Assembly (NCBI RefSeq): GCF_009914755.1
Contig: NC_060940.1
DNA from: the human T2T-CHM13v2.0 reference genome, Homo sapiens
Strand: one strand, 5' to 3'
DNA: 64,000 nt
The notes beneath the pieces were generated by a model. That model did not search any database. It had not been told where the DNA came from and saw only the letters and a list, made by a program, of their open reading frames with translations. Below are positions 1 to 17,371 of the stretch, piece after piece; within the stretch, counting starts at the first letter, position 1, and each line of letters begins with the position of its first letter. A program made the translations under genes and the position numbers.

Positions 1-330
1 ACCATACATGGAACAGACACAGATCACACATGGAACATACACGGCTCACACATGGAACAGCATGGATCACACATGGAGCAGCATGAATCACATATGGAGC
101 AGCATGAATCACACATGGAACAGACATGGTTCACACATGGAACAGACATGGTTCACACATGGAACAGACATGGTTCACACATGGAACAGATAGTTCACAC
201 ATGGAACAGACATGGTTCACACATGGAGCAGCATGGATCACACATGGAACAGACACAGTTCACACATGGAACAGACACAGTTCACACACGGAGCAGCATG
301 GTTCACACACGGAGCAGGCACCACACACCC
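1..330. repeat. Minisatellite of 20-22-bp units (CACATGGAACAGACATGGTTCA / CACATGGAGCAGCATGAATCA), truncated by window start
   Basis: CACATGGA(A/G)CAG core recurs head-to-tail about 14-15 times; explains the repetitive ORFs at 8-520. Confidence 0.9.
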
Positions 331-904
331 ATGCCGTAGCATGCATCAGCCTGGTTTTCGGGCCCACACAATAGAAGTCATTGTTTTGGTGGTAAACAAT
401 ATCCACCTGGATATTTTTCAAAATAGAGAATTGAATTATAACCTACAAATTTCCATCCTCACATGGAAATTTGACCTGGTTGAATGGCATCTGCCCTGCA
501 GCCACTGTCCCCAAAACTGAGAGGCGGGGCAAAGTAGCCGAAGAAAGCAGCGCTGAAGCTGGCAGCTGCAAAGAGTGCAGGGCCCTCCAGTCTCTACAAA
601 ATTCACAGCTGCTTCCAGCCTCATGCTGGGACGTGGGCTGAGCAATGAATTCTTCTTGTAATCCAGGGTAGAGTGGAAGAAAGTTCAAGGTGAGCATCAA
701 CTCATTCAATCACTTAACAATAGGCAGGTTTGGCTCATACTGCAGAGGCCAAGCAGGAGAACCTGGCTCCTGTGTCTCTGGAAATGTTAAAATGCCTGTC
801 AACAGGAAAAAAAGATCTGTCTCTGCCATCCTGAAGGTAAGTTTGCCACCTACGCACTAAAGATTAAGGCCATATTTTTTCAATGTTGAGATTATTCCCT
901 TTGT

Positions 905-1100
905 CTGCAAACAGGGGCTTAGGACAACAGCCCTTTCTTCTCTCACAGTCCCGGAGGCCAGAGGCCAACATCAAGGTGGTGGCAGGGCCAGACTCCCTCG
1001 GGGGCTCCAGGACCCCTCCTGCCTCTTCCAGCTTCTGGGGGCTCCAGGTGTCCCTTGACTCAGAGCCGCCCACTCCCATCCCCGCCTCCATCTTCACGCT
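905..1100 (-). mobile_element. MaLR LTR fragment (MLT1 family)
   Basis: GGCTTAGGACAACAG...TTCTCTCACAGTCCCGGAGGCCAGAGGCCAACATCAAGGTG...CCTGCCTCTTCCAGCTTCTGG resembles the MLT1 consensus as recalled; boundaries approximate. Confidence 0.65.
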
Positions 1101-1215
1101 CCAGCCACTGAGACCATGCCCGACACAGCAAGTGTGGGCTGCTGCAACTGCTGTCCCTCCGTGTTCCCTCTGCACACATTGGAAAGAAAGTCTGAGGGTG
1201 GAAGCCAGGCATTCG

Positions 1216-1403
1216 GCCAGCCCTGGGAGCACAGTTCGGCAGTGACGGCAACACCAGCAGCTCAGGGTCCTCCACCCGCCAGCCCCGGGAGCACAGTTCT
1301 GCAGTGAGGATGACACCAGAGGCTCAGGGTCCTCCACCTGCCAGCCCTGGGAGCACAGTTCTGCAGTGATGGCAATGCCAGCGGCTCAGGGTCTTCTACC
1401 TGC
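1216..1403. repeat. 62-bp tandem repeat, 3 copies
   Basis: GCCAGCCC(T/C)GGGAGCACAGTTC starts at 1216, 1278 and 1340. Confidence 0.9.
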
Positions 1404-1434
1404 TGGTCCCCAGGAGGCGGGCGCAGGTGTCTCC

Positions 1435-1560
1435 CTGCTTCACAGAAGAGGAAACTGAGACTTTGAAAGCTGAGCCGAGTCACTCGCCTGGTGCCACATT
1501 AACCAGCAAGTGGTAGAGGTGAGATCTGAACCCAGGACCGTTCGATTCTAGGCCTGAACT
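1435..1560. mobile_element. MIR SINE fragment
   Basis: ACAGAAGAGGAAACTGAG...AAGTGGTAGAG...TGAACCCAGG core motifs. Confidence 0.65.
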
Positions 1561-1564
1561 GCTT

Positions 1565-1975
1565 TTATCTTTTGGATGTATAGTTCACACATAACATAAC
1601 ATTAACCGTTAGTCATTTAAACACGTACAAATCCGTGGTGTTTAAGTCACTCCCAGTGTTGGGCAACCATCCCCATCATCTAGTTCCAAGACATTTTATC
1701 ACCCCAAAGAGAGACCCCATCCACTCAGCCCTCACTCTCCATCGCCCCTTCCCCCCGCCCTAAGCAGCCACGAATCTCGTCCGTCTCTCTGGATCCTCCT
1801 GTCCTGAACATTCGTGCACTCGGAATCATACAACCCGTGGTCACTGACCCTTTCACGCAGCCCAGTGTTTTCAGGGGTCCTGCACATTGCAGCGCGTCTT
1901 CCTGTGTGCAGCTGAATGACTCTCCAAGGGATGGCGGACTACGCTGGGTTTATCCATCATCCACGGATGGACGGG
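1565..1975 (-). mobile_element. Old L1 (L1M) 3' fragment
   Basis: GGGCAACCATCCCCATCATCTAGTTCCAAGACATTTTATCACCCCAAAGAGAGACCCC is typical of antisense L1MB/L1MC 3' ends. Confidence 0.6.
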
Positions 1976-2017
1976 CCTGAACTCTGACCCCGGCTCCTAC
2001 TGTTGCTTCCATGTCAT

Positions 2018-2652
<635 letters not shown>

Positions 2653-4149
2653 TGAGAGCAGCAACAAGACTAACGTTGGGGCCAAAGCTAAGAAGTGGGG
2701 CGGAGCCTCCCTGGTGGCCGGTCGTCAGCCCAGTGCCTGAAATGCATGCAAAGTCTATTTTTATTTTGCGTAGTTGAACCTAAGCAAAAAATCTGGCCCT
2801 ATAATCTCTAACCTTGCTCCTAACTGGCACCTACCCTATTGCACAAGAAGCTATCTAGGGGAGGACTCAGTGAGCACTCGGTGAGTTTGTCCAGCCATGG
2901 TGGTACTGTCTCCTTCCCTCTGCAGGCACAGCGGGAAGAATAGGGTGGATGGAGGGCTCTCTGCACCTTCCACAGCCCGCAGCGTGGACGGCAGATTACA
3001 AGTTAGTATCTGTGCGACCTCCGCACTCCCCTGCCGGTGGCTGCCTGGGCTGCTGAGATTTCGCTTGGTTTTATCACTGCAGAGGAATGCCTGCCATACC
3101 GGGGGGCGAGCAAGGTCCAGAATGACAAGCCGTGGCATTCCTCAGCCGCCTCCTCCCCGGGGTGGGGCCTGGACATTCCTGGCTGCAGCTAGAGGTCCCA
3201 GCACGACAGGGATTCTGACCCCCCCTCCACCACGGCTATTGTTCAGAATTCTGTGGATTCCAGAGGCATCTGCCCAGCAGACTGTCTTGCTGTGAACACC
3301 CAGCTCTGCAACCGGTGTTTGCGTGTTTGCCCTGGGAGGCTGAACGCTCACCCAGAACAAAGGCCTCCCCACATGCCTGCTGTGAGCTTCCAAGTACTCG
3401 TTAGGACACACGCCAAGGAACCCCGGGTTGGGGGGATACCGAGGAGCTTCCTCCCTGACCCACACACACCCTTTGAACAGGTCTTTGGCTGCTCACCAGT
3501 CTGGTCAATCTCGGGGCAGTATTTATATTCCTTCCCGTTTCCAGGCCTAGGAGCCTTGGCATCCTGCTCTCGCCTCTAACTGAAATTACCTCTCAACCCT
3601 TTTTAGCTAAGATGCCTCTCGCATTCCCCAGGAATAACAAGCTTTAAAGCCCCTTCACACTGAAGCCTGCCTTTGAATTTCCCAGCTAGATTTGGGGGTG
3701 GGGGTCTTATGGCTCCCGGTGAACCCCCGGTTCTGTTGATTAAATTGAGCTCAGGCAGAGTGCTGGCTTCCCAAAGCCTGTGTTATTACTGCTTCTCAAA
3801 GCTACGGGCACCGGATCGCCATCTTTGGCAAGATTCTTTTGGGATACAATGGGAATTACTGGGTGGCCTCGGTTCGGTTCTTCCCTCGTCTCAGTTCGCG
3901 GCTCACCAGCCACATTGATGCAGCCCCCAGGCTGGAAGGAGGCTGCAGGAGCTTCCCCTCAGGTCATCTTCTCATCCCTCCCCCGTGCCCCAGGAGCTGG
4001 TTGTGGGGGCGGTTCCATCCCCTCGGCCCATCCGGGACAGGAGCCTAGGTTCCCTTCGGGGGGTACCCCAAACCCCATCCTTGGCCTCAGGCCAGCCCTG
4101 GTGCACTGCCCGCTCCCAGGCTTGACGAGAGGCTGCGGGCCAGTGGGTG

Positions 4150-5130
4150 AAGGGGCTCGCCCTGACTGCCAGGCCCCGCCCAGGCGCACCCGGGAGGACG
4201 GGCTGGGATGACGCGGGCGCCGGGGGGGTAGGTCGCGAGGCCGGGGTCTCCATGGCGCAGGAGTACGGGGGCCTTCGAGGACCACGCGGGCCTGGGAATC
4301 GCCTGCCAGGCTAGGCCGGACGACGCACGTGCTCCGAGCTGGGTCGAGGGGGCGGGGCTGAGGGCCGCGGCCGGGCCACGGGTCGGGGAGGAGCCGCGGA
4401 CGGTGGGCGGGGCCAGTGGGCCGGGGCCTAAAAGGCGGCGCGGGCGGGGTTCCTGACGCAGCTGCGGGCGGCGGGCGGCGAGCGGCGCGCACAATCCTCG
4501 CTCGGCTGCGGCTCCCGGGTGTCCCAGGCCCGGCCGGTAAGCAGAGCATGGCGGGTGCGGGCCCGAAGCGGCGCGCGCTAGCGGCCCCGGTGGCCGAGGA
4601 GAAGGAAGAGGCGCGGGAGAAGATGATGGCCGCCAAGCGCGCGGACGGCGCGGCGCCGGCAGGCGAGGGCGAGGGCGTGACCCTGCAGGGGAACATCACG
4701 CTACTCAAGGGCGTGGCCGTCATCGTGGTCGCCATCATGGGCTCGGGCATCTTCGTGACGCCCACGGGCGTGCTCAAGGAGGCAGGCTCGCCGGGGCTGG
4801 CGCTGGTGGTGTGGGCCGCGTGCGGCGTCTTCTCCATCGTGGGCGCGCTCTGCTACGCGGAGCTGGGCACCACCATCTCCAAATCGGGCGGCGACTACGC
4901 CTACATGCTGGACGTCTACGGCTCGCTGCCCGCCTTCCTCAAGCTCTGGATCGAGCTGCTCATCATCCGGCCTTCATCGCAGTACATCGTGGCCCTGGTC
5001 TTCGCCACCTACCTGCTCAAGCCGCTCTTCCCCACCTGCCCGGTGCCCGAGGAGGCAGCCAAGCTCGTAGCCTGCCACTCCGTGCGTGAGTACGGGGCGC
5101 GGGCCGGGGGTTGGGAGGTCGTGGTCCCTG
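4150..5130 (+). promoter_or_regulatory. CpG-island promoter of the SLC7A5-derived duplicon
   Basis: Very high GC and CpG density; E-box CACGTG 4326-4331; GC boxes near 4349 and 4405; CRE-like TGACGC at 4209 and 4454. Confidence 0.85.
4548..5085 (+). pseudogene. SLC7A5P2: SLC7A5 (LAT1) exon 1 duplicate with intact 538-nt coding exon; hLAT1-3TM 'MMAA'-type
   Basis: Translates [30 protein letters not shown]...[19 protein letters not shown]...[19 protein letters not shown] (LAT1 residues 1-179 with about 13 substitutions). Donor C|GTGAGT at 5086. No exon 2 (LLTAVNCYSVK) found. P2 versus P1 assignment is from recalled protein sequences. Confidence 0.85.
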
Positions 5131-5816
5131 GGTCCCTGCATCCTTGCATCACTACGCCCCTGGCTCCCACATCTCTACATTTTTGCGTTCCTGGACCGTC
5201 CCGGCAGTTCTAGGCTAAGGTCATTGGTCCCAGAAACCAAGTGCGTTTCTTTCATTCATTCTTTTACACTTCTCCCCACAGGCTGGGAATATCTTCAGTG
5301 ACGGGACAGCAGGGTCCCTGCCCTGCCCTTCGGTGGGCATTTCATTCCCCCACTTAAGCGGTTCAGGCAAGTGCCAGCCTCCCGTTGGCCCCGCTGAGCA
5401 ATACTCCCAGCCTCTTGCGTGGCACCCACGTGGAGTAACTGAGCAACCGGTTTATTGTTAAAGCTCCGATTGCTGACTGGTTGGTGAAAACGAAATTGCA
5501 GTTAAAAAGAAAATTATTCATTTCTGCTCTCCACACCAGCTCGTCAGGAATCAGTGACACGGGCTGACTCATAAGAAAACAGTAGTAATAAAATCGTGTG
5601 CGGGTAGTGACTGGTGCTGGTTTAGGCTAAGGGATCCCCCCTGAGGGTTGCCCAGTAGTGAGAGAGCGGAGCTTGGCTGCAGATTCAGTCTGTGTTACAG
5701 TGAATGGAGGTTCGGGTCCCAGGTTACTCTGGGAAACAGCCATGGGGCTCCTATTTTGGTGGGCATGGTGCTGGTGTGTTCTTCACCAGGCCAGAGAGAA
5801 CTGCTTTTCAAAATAG

Positions 5817-6125
<309 letters not shown>

Positions 6126-6733
6126 TCAAAATAGTTTTCTTGTGGGATTTCAGGGGGAAAATGACTTGTACCAGATACCACATGATTTGGTTGGGTGGCG
6201 TGGGAAGGCGGGTCTTGGCAATTCTCAGGTTCATCCCATGGCAAGGATCGGCCTGGATCTCAGTAGTGTGTGTACACATTCAAGGTGGGAAGGGTTAATT
6301 TATAGTTGGGGTCTTGAGCCATGAAATCAGGGGAGTGGCTTCTGACTGGCAGGACCTGTTGGCGCTGTTTTCTGCCACACCGTACTTTGGGGAGAAGGGG
6401 GAGGGGGAGGCATTTCTTCATAAATGTGAGAATGCCCCGAGGGCAAGACTCAGCAGGGCTCTGTGTGGTTTCTCTGAGGCTCTGAGCGGAGCAGCCGCAC
6501 CACCATGCAGGTCAAAGCCGGGAAAAATCGTAGGACAGGAGTGGGGAGAGCCTGTGGCTTCCAGCTGGGCGTTGGACATGTGAATGTAGGGGATGACTGA
6601 TTTCTTTTTTTTGTCATTAGAATTTCACTGGTTCAGTCTCCCTCTCGCCTAGGTACATGCCCGCCTGGTATGTAACGACATGGATAATAGCTTATGCAGC
6701 CTGCACTCTTACCTTTAAAAAATGAATCCCTGT

Positions 6734-8555
<1,822 letters not shown>

Positions 8556-8918
8556 TAAAATAGCTTTCCAGCAGTCCTTTTGGTCCCAGTAGGTAAAGCC
8601 TCAAGGCAGGCTCTAGAGTGCCAACCCTTCTGACCCAGAGGTGAGGGTTAATGTTAATAGGATCCCTTTCAGCGAAAGTTAGGGCCACACTTCTCATGTC
8701 CCTAAGCCATTTGTACTTGTTTTTTTTCTCTGACCCACCTGTGTATGTGGTGAGTATGTGTGTATGTGTTGCTTTTTTTTTTTTTTTGGAAAGTGATTTT
8801 CAGTAACAGAAAGGGATGTGCTCTCTGCAAGAGTGAATCTATTCTTGCCCCTGTGTGTAAGGCGAGAAGGAGAAGTTGTGTTCTCTGAACAGGCAGACCC
8901 TGCTGAGAGAGGGAGGTG

Positions 8919-9437
8919 TGTTGGGGTTCAATCATTCTGGTGGGAAAGATATTAGAGGTAGTTATAGAAATAGACACAAATCTTGGAAGGCCGAGAAGTT
9001 GGCATAACTTTGGTAATTAGCTCTGGCTGAAGGCGGCCTGATCCCTTTACCTTTAGTTAAACAAATAAACATAGAAATAAAAGAAAGGCAGAGTAGTTTA
9101 CCTAGCTAGCTTGTTTACTCATATAATCTTAAGACCCTGGGTGCTTAAATGCTTTTTACCCGGTAAGTCCACAATGTCTGTTACACTCTAATGGTGTTGA
9201 CTCAAGCTTTTGTTAATTAATCATACTGAATAAATGCGCGTCTGACTAGCTGATCAGGGCCAAGTAGCAACTGTTTACAGGACTCAGCAGGGAGCCTATA
9301 AGCGGCTGGAACACTCAGCTGGACTGGCAGAGCAGAATATCTGTGTGTCTGTACTTTATTCATCTGTCACGGGGTCACGGGTCTGTAAGGGACAGACTCC
9401 CTGCAGCTGGTGCCCCCTTGAAAGGAGTGCTGTCGCA
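8919..9437 (+). mobile_element. Solo ERV LTR, LTR22-like (HERV-K HML-5)
   Basis: TG...CA termini, perfect 6-bp TSD GAGGTG (8913-8918 / 9438-9443), AATAAA at 9229; family assignment from recalled consensus. Confidence 0.8.
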
Positions 9438-9670
9438 GAGGTGGGCTTGGCTGAGTCTGGTAGAACTCCAAGCTGATTCTCAGGTCGTTCTGACTTCAGC
9501 TCGGAGAAGGGCAGTGGATGTCCCAGGAAGGGAGACCCTGCCCTTGTAGGGGGACTTCTGACAGGTGCAGGGGGCAGCCTGGAGCCCGGACCAGTGGGCA
9601 GGATGGGCGCTCCAGGGTGTGAAGGAGAGGCTCGGCGTTTGATCTGTGGACATTGTTCCTGGAGCAGTGA

Positions 9671-10038
<368 letters not shown>

Positions 10039-11770
10039 TGATCACACATAAGGTTGGGTTCCAGAATTTTCTGCTTAGGAAGGGAAAGGGCACCTTTTAC
10101 CCCCTTAGTCCTTGAGCCTGATCCTACAGAAGGTACAGTGGCTTTCGGGTCTGGATCCTCAGCCCTCGGGCCTCTGAGGCTGCCTTGGGAGAGGGTACGG
10201 ATTTGCGAACAAGGTTCTCAGTTTTGCTGGCTGTCTTTTCAGTCGCCCAGGCACGTCCCACAGAAAGTTTCTTTTTGTGAAATAATCGTGTGAAATGGGT
10301 TGGCCTCGGTGCTTAGAACCATCCCACTGACGGTGAGTGGAAAAAATCCCTTGCTTGTCAGTCTGGTTAGGAGATGAGGTCCTTTCACGCGTGTCTTCGT
10401 GTTGGTGCGCTTTTCACGGGTCATAAAGATGAGAGGAACCAGCTCCATGTGTCTCTTTCTGGATGGCCATATGGAACTTGGCATGACAGTAGGGTTGTGT
10501 GGGTTATTTATTGCTTGATGAAGACTTGGCAGCGTGTACTGGAAATTCAAGCAATGCTGGGTTTTATCAGAAGGCGCAAAGGCTGGAGTTGAGATTCTGG
10601 CTGGGCCTGGATTTGGTTTGGGCAGTTTATCTGACCTCCCTGGGCCCCAGCTGGCTCTGCATAGCAAGTAGGGTAGCATCTACTCAAAGTCCCGGCCACA
10701 GCCGTGGACTGGCACTGGCCCAGGCGAGCTCTCAGTAAGTGGGAACTCACAGGTTCAGAAGATGCTGTGGGCCTCAGGGGCTTCCACCTCCAGGGAGGTG
10801 CTCTCAGAAGAAGGGCCTGATGGGCTCACCACATCGTGGAGAAGATACCCCGGCTCAGTCTCAGTCAGTTCCCCAAGCGCATAGGTGTTCGGGAAGTGGC
10901 CTGCAGACAGCTCCTCCATGCCTTGAAAGCAGAAGTAGCCCCCTCCTGTTTCCCTGTCCCAGTTGGGTGAAGCATGGGAGCCTGCTGGGACAGTCCCAGG
11001 CGTGCCGTCACGCAGGGGCAGGCCGTCCATCGGTCTCGCGGGACTCTGGCTGCGGGTGGCTGAGGACACCTGGCCTCATGGGAGACGGTGCCAGGGTCCC
11101 TGGAGTGAGGTGGGTCTCCTCCCCATGGCTGTCACTCCTCAGCAGATTGGTGTGGGCGGGTGTGCGTTTAGGAACCTGTGAGCTGAGACATTGTCCAGCT
11201 AGCGTCAGGCCAAAAGCAACCAAGGCTTTGAGAAATCCACCTGGCCCTGCCGAGCCTGTTTCTGGCTGTGGAATGGGATTTGCCCCAGCGCCAGGTGTCT
11301 GGGAATCACAGGCCTCCGTGTGTGAAGGTGCCAGTTGCACGGGCTGTGACCGTCCCTCCACGTGCTTGTATCTCCTGCTCACTGTGCATGTTGAGCAGCC
11401 CTCAGCCTCACTGTCTTCTCCTTTGGCAAAAAGAAAGGAGCAAGGGAACAAAGAGAGGGAGGGAAGAGCCAGAGACAGGAGCCAGGGTTTCCTTTAGTCT
11501 GGAGCTCTGGGTGCAAGATGATGTCACCCACCCACACTCGGCACAGGCCCAGGGTCGGGGGGCTGTGGGTGGAAGTAGGAATCGCCACAACTGTCTCTGA
11601 GCCCCTCCCTAAAGGGTGAAGGGTGTAAGGGGTGGGTTTTGATGGCTGTGGGCTTAGCTGTGGTCAGTGGACTCAAAGGCCAGTTGGCCAGTTAGCAGTG
11701 ACCAGAGAGCAGAGGGGGCCTGTGTGTGTTTTGCCCCAGGGTCTTCAGGCTGCCTGGCTGCCTCTATCCG

Positions 11771-11913
11771 CCCCCCTGGTGTGTCCAGCACCCCCCTGGG
11801 GTATCCAGCACCTGTAACCTGTAGCCCCGCTTCTCAGTCCAGGCCTGTTCCAGGGCCCCCCCGGGGTATCAAGCACCTGTAGCCTGTAGCCCCACTTCTC
11901 AGTCCAGGCCTGT
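11771..11913. repeat. Local direct repeats (58-bp unit x2, period 65, preceded by a 20-bp partial copy)
   Basis: GGGGTATC(C/A)AGCACCTGTA(A/G)CCTGTAGCCCC(G/A)CTTCTCAGTCCAGGCCTGT within copies at 11791-11848 and 11856-11913. Confidence 0.8.
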
Positions 11914-13317
11914 GTAAAACCTGGCCCCGGGTTGGGTTTTGGGATCCCTGCACCCCTCCATCCCCAACCCCCCACAGCTGGGACCCTGGCTCAGCTAGCA
12001 AAGGTTCTGCGTGTTTAAGGAGCTGGGTGGGCCCCAGAGCTCAAGCCGTGGGCTCATTGCAGGCGGCAGCCAGTGATTAGTGCTGAAATCCGACTTTCCC
12101 AGCCAGACATGAAAGTGCCGCCAGCGCCTGGGCAGGTCACGCTGCATCACGGGATTCGGGGCAAGGCCCTAGGGCGAGTTCACAGAAGCACATGACCTGA
12201 GCCACACAGGAGAGCCTAACGGGCACTTCTGACCCTTTTTCCTTGGGTCACAGACCTCTTTCATAATCCAGCAGAATGTGCAGAATCTTGCCCAGGAATG
12301 TGTACCAGCCGCCTTCACACAGAAGGGTGGGCTGTGCAGACCCCCGAGGGCCCAGGCCAGGGTGAGAGCCACCCCCTGGAGAGGGGTGTCCAAGGTAGGG
12401 CACACGCTTGCACCACCTCTTGGCACCTCTTGGCCACCACTTTCCACTCCAGCCTTTGAAGCCAGTGATAATCCCCAATTTACAGCTGGGGAAACTGAGG
12501 CAGGAGCAAGCCAGGAGCCAGGGGCCACAGTGCCCACCTCTACACTGAGGCCACCGTTTGTCTTCAGGCATAGGGGAGCACACAGCCACGCCTGGGGAGT
12601 CTGGTGGGTGCCAGGGGTCTGGGGAGGTGTCAGCAAGACTGGGTGGCCCAGTCGGCCCAGGTAAGGACACAGGTGGGTCAGAGGCTCATCTGTGTTCCCC
12701 AGCAACCCCTAGGGGCTCTTCGCGCTCCTCCACCCTTCTCCATCCTTCCCAGACTCACATCCAGGTATCCTGGACAGCCACAGGGTTCTGCTCCCCAGTA
12801 GGCCTGGCCCTCCCTGGAGCATCACCTGGATGGCTGGCCATGGGCAGGCCTTGCCTGGCCCGTCTGCAGGGACAGGGCATGTGTATGCACGCAGATTGGT
12901 ACTGTGTGCCCGCGCGCTCCCCAGAGGCCCTGTGGCAGCACCCCCTTCCTGCCGCTGCCCTTTTCCAACAGGAGGGCCCCCCCGCAGCGTCTCCTTCCCT
13001 GATTGTGGCCAAATCCTGAACTCTCCCTCTGGAAGGCGGACCCTCCGGGGTGGCCACAGCTCGTGCCCTCCGGGAGCGTGGGAGGCGTCTCTTTCTCTGC
13101 ATCCCTGGCCGTCAGACCGCCCCAGGTGGGGACCATTCTCTGGCATTGCCCGCCCCTCCCCTGCCCTAGGATTTGCCCACTATGTGAGGAATGAGCACCA
13201 ACCTCCTATTCCGGGCCTTGGAGCGTGACGCCCGCAAACTCGATCCCTGCTGAGTCATCCTGACCTCGGGGTGGGCCAGCATCTGTCACTGCTGAGACAC
13301 CATATGTGTGAGCTGCT

Positions 13318-14476
<1,159 letters not shown>

Positions 14477-16180
14477 TGCTCAAACTGCAGCTGCTACAAA
14501 ACCAAGGCCACGGTGACCCTGGGGCCAGTCCAGCTTTGTCCCTGTGCTCTCGAGCTGCTGGAGGCCAATGCAGGATTCTGCCCACAGCTCACATGTGTGG
14601 CTTCAGAGCCTGGGAGTTCTTGGGGCTGTGTCTTCACCTGGTACCGTGTAGGGGCCCTGTGAGCTGAGTCAACTGGAAGAGCCCAGAGCCTCTGCAGAAG
14701 GCCTGAGCAGGGCCCGGGCACTGTCCCTGGAGCTCTGAGTCCCTCAAGCTGTGTGGCCCGCAGCCAGGCGCTTGACTTCTCTGGCGTTTGCTTCAGAGCT
14801 GGGAGCCTGGGGTGGCGTAGGTCTTTGGCAGGGGTCAGGTAGGGGAGGGGCCAGCCAGGAATCAAACATCCCTGACAGGTGAGGGGGCAGGTGAGGAGGG
14901 CAGGGCAGGAGCCCCTGTAGCACTTGTGCAGCAGCATCTGGACCGGTGCAAGCCCTGAGATGGCTTCAGGTCCTGCTCAGAGCTAAGGGCTCCCTGTCAC
15001 CAGGGATTCTTCCATCACTGCACCTGCAGAGCCCATTGGGATTGGGGAGAGGCCCTGGCCTTAGCTTGGAACAGCTGTATCCGCCTGTCGGGTGTGCAGG
15101 CTGTGCACTGGTTAAGCCTGAGCGCAGAGTCTGTTCAACGAGTTCATTGTGTGGTATTTGCTTCCGCTTGCTGTTGAGTTGGACTGGCCTGGATGCTGGC
15201 CAGGAGCCCAAGTGGACTTGGTGCTTCTCTTTGACAGCCAGGATTGAAAAGCCCAGTCAAGTGGGCAGAGCACGAGGGTGAGATTTAGGAGACCTGGATG
15301 TCCTCACTTTGCCGCCCAGGAACTGCTGTGTGACTTTCAGCAAGTGGGACAACCTTTCTGAACTATGTTTACACCAGCTATAAAATGGAGGTGTTGGATT
15401 GGCTGCCACAAGTGTCCTCCACCTCCACAATACCGTAACTGGAGCGGGTTTTCACTCCTTTTTCTTGTTAGCATAACTGTTGGAGCTATAGAGGGTTTGG
15501 AGTGGGGTGTGGGTTTCTGGGCCACAGATGTGTGAGGCTCCGCACTTAGCCAGCAGTGGCAACTCCTTATCACTGGTGCCCACGGCTTCATCTGTGCCCT
15601 GAAGATACTAATGCTGCGGTGACTGGTCAGATTAATGGTGATGCTTTCATGGGGCGCCGTAAGACATGTCCGCGAGGTATTTCACCCATACAATGGGAGG
15701 CAGTGTTCCAGTCTGTTGGAGACAGGAAAGGGAGGCTCAGTCCCTGCGAAGGAACTTTCCCGAGTTCACACAGCATTTCAGCACCGGGTGGCCTGGCTTC
15801 AGAGTTTCAGAGGGAGGGGTGGCCCTTCCTGTCGGTCCTGGGGGTCTCCTGGAGTCAGGACCCTTGGGAAACCCAAATCCACCAGGACGCTTGCATCAGG
15901 AGAACCTGACCACATGAGAAGCTGCCCTTTTCTGGTTCTCCTGCTTACCCTCGACTTGGGGTGTCGGCAAATTTCAGAGCTTGCCAAATCTGCATCTTCC
16001 TGGCCTGTTTAAAATGAATGTGTCAGCCCCATTCTGGACAGCAGCTGACACCTCTTCCCCCGTGCCAGCCAGGACAGTGTGGTTGGGCGTAACTCAGCCC
16101 CGGTTAAAAATGGAAAAAAGTACAAAGACATGTGTTCAAGGCCTGGTGACAGAATTTGAAAATGTGACACCAGCCTGTTA

Positions 16181-16712
<532 letters not shown>

Positions 16713-17125
16713 GGAAACACTGCCTTTGCTTCCCTGCCCTGGAACTGCTTCATTTTCCTTGGGGTTTCCGGACCATTTTGACCTCTCTCTGTGGCCAGCA
16801 ATGGTGGGGAGGCGGGTGGATCTGGAGCCGGCATGGGCAGGCTCAGCATTCCAGCCCATTCTGGGGTGAGGTTGGCCTTGGGTGAGGACAGGGGTCACTG
16901 GGTCAGACATTCATTTTCTGGAGCCCAGGGCGGTGACGTGTCCATCAGGGAAGCACGCGCCTGTGCTGGGGGGTGCTCCCTGGACCAGCAGCGCCGGCCT
17001 CCCTGGGACCTTGTTCTGTGCAGATGTGTTGTCTCCCTCTCCCCCGACCTGCCTGATCAGAAGCTCTGGGTTTCCATCCCACTCCCCCACCACTGCTTTT
17101 ACAAGTCCCCCCAGGGGATGACACG

Positions 17126-17371
17126 GGAGATGGTGGAGGCTGTCTATCAGTGGATAAGGTGGGGGCTGTCTATCAGTGGAGAAGGTGGGGGCTGTCTATC
17201 AGTGGAGAAGGTGGGGGCTGTCTGTCAGTGGAGATGGTGGGGGCTGTCTGTCAGTGGAGATGGTGGGGGCTGTCTGTCGGTGGAGATGGTGGGGGCTGTC
17301 TGTCGGTGGAGATGGTGGGGGCTGTCTGTCGGTGGAGATGGTGGGGGCTGTCTGTCGGTGGAGAAGGTGGA
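17126..17371. repeat. 26-bp G-rich VNTR, about 9.4 copies
   Basis: Unit GGAGA(T/A)GGTGGGGGCTGTCT(A/G)TC(A/G)GT. Confidence 0.92.

Noticed and set aside
1-330. CRISPR-like array or repetitive peptide ORFs (MEQHGSH...)
   Set aside because: Contiguous degenerate tandem units with no unique spacers and no cas genes, in a primate genome; the ORFs are by-products of the repeat.
4416-4547. N-terminal extension in the 265-aa ORF call
   Set aside because: Starts at GTG in promoter/5'UTR sequence; the LAT1-homologous ATG in good context is at 4548.
3959-4837. 292-aa antisense ORF
   Set aside because: Stop-poor shadow of a GC-rich CpG island and coding exon; low-complexity Pro/Ala/Arg, no recognisable domain.
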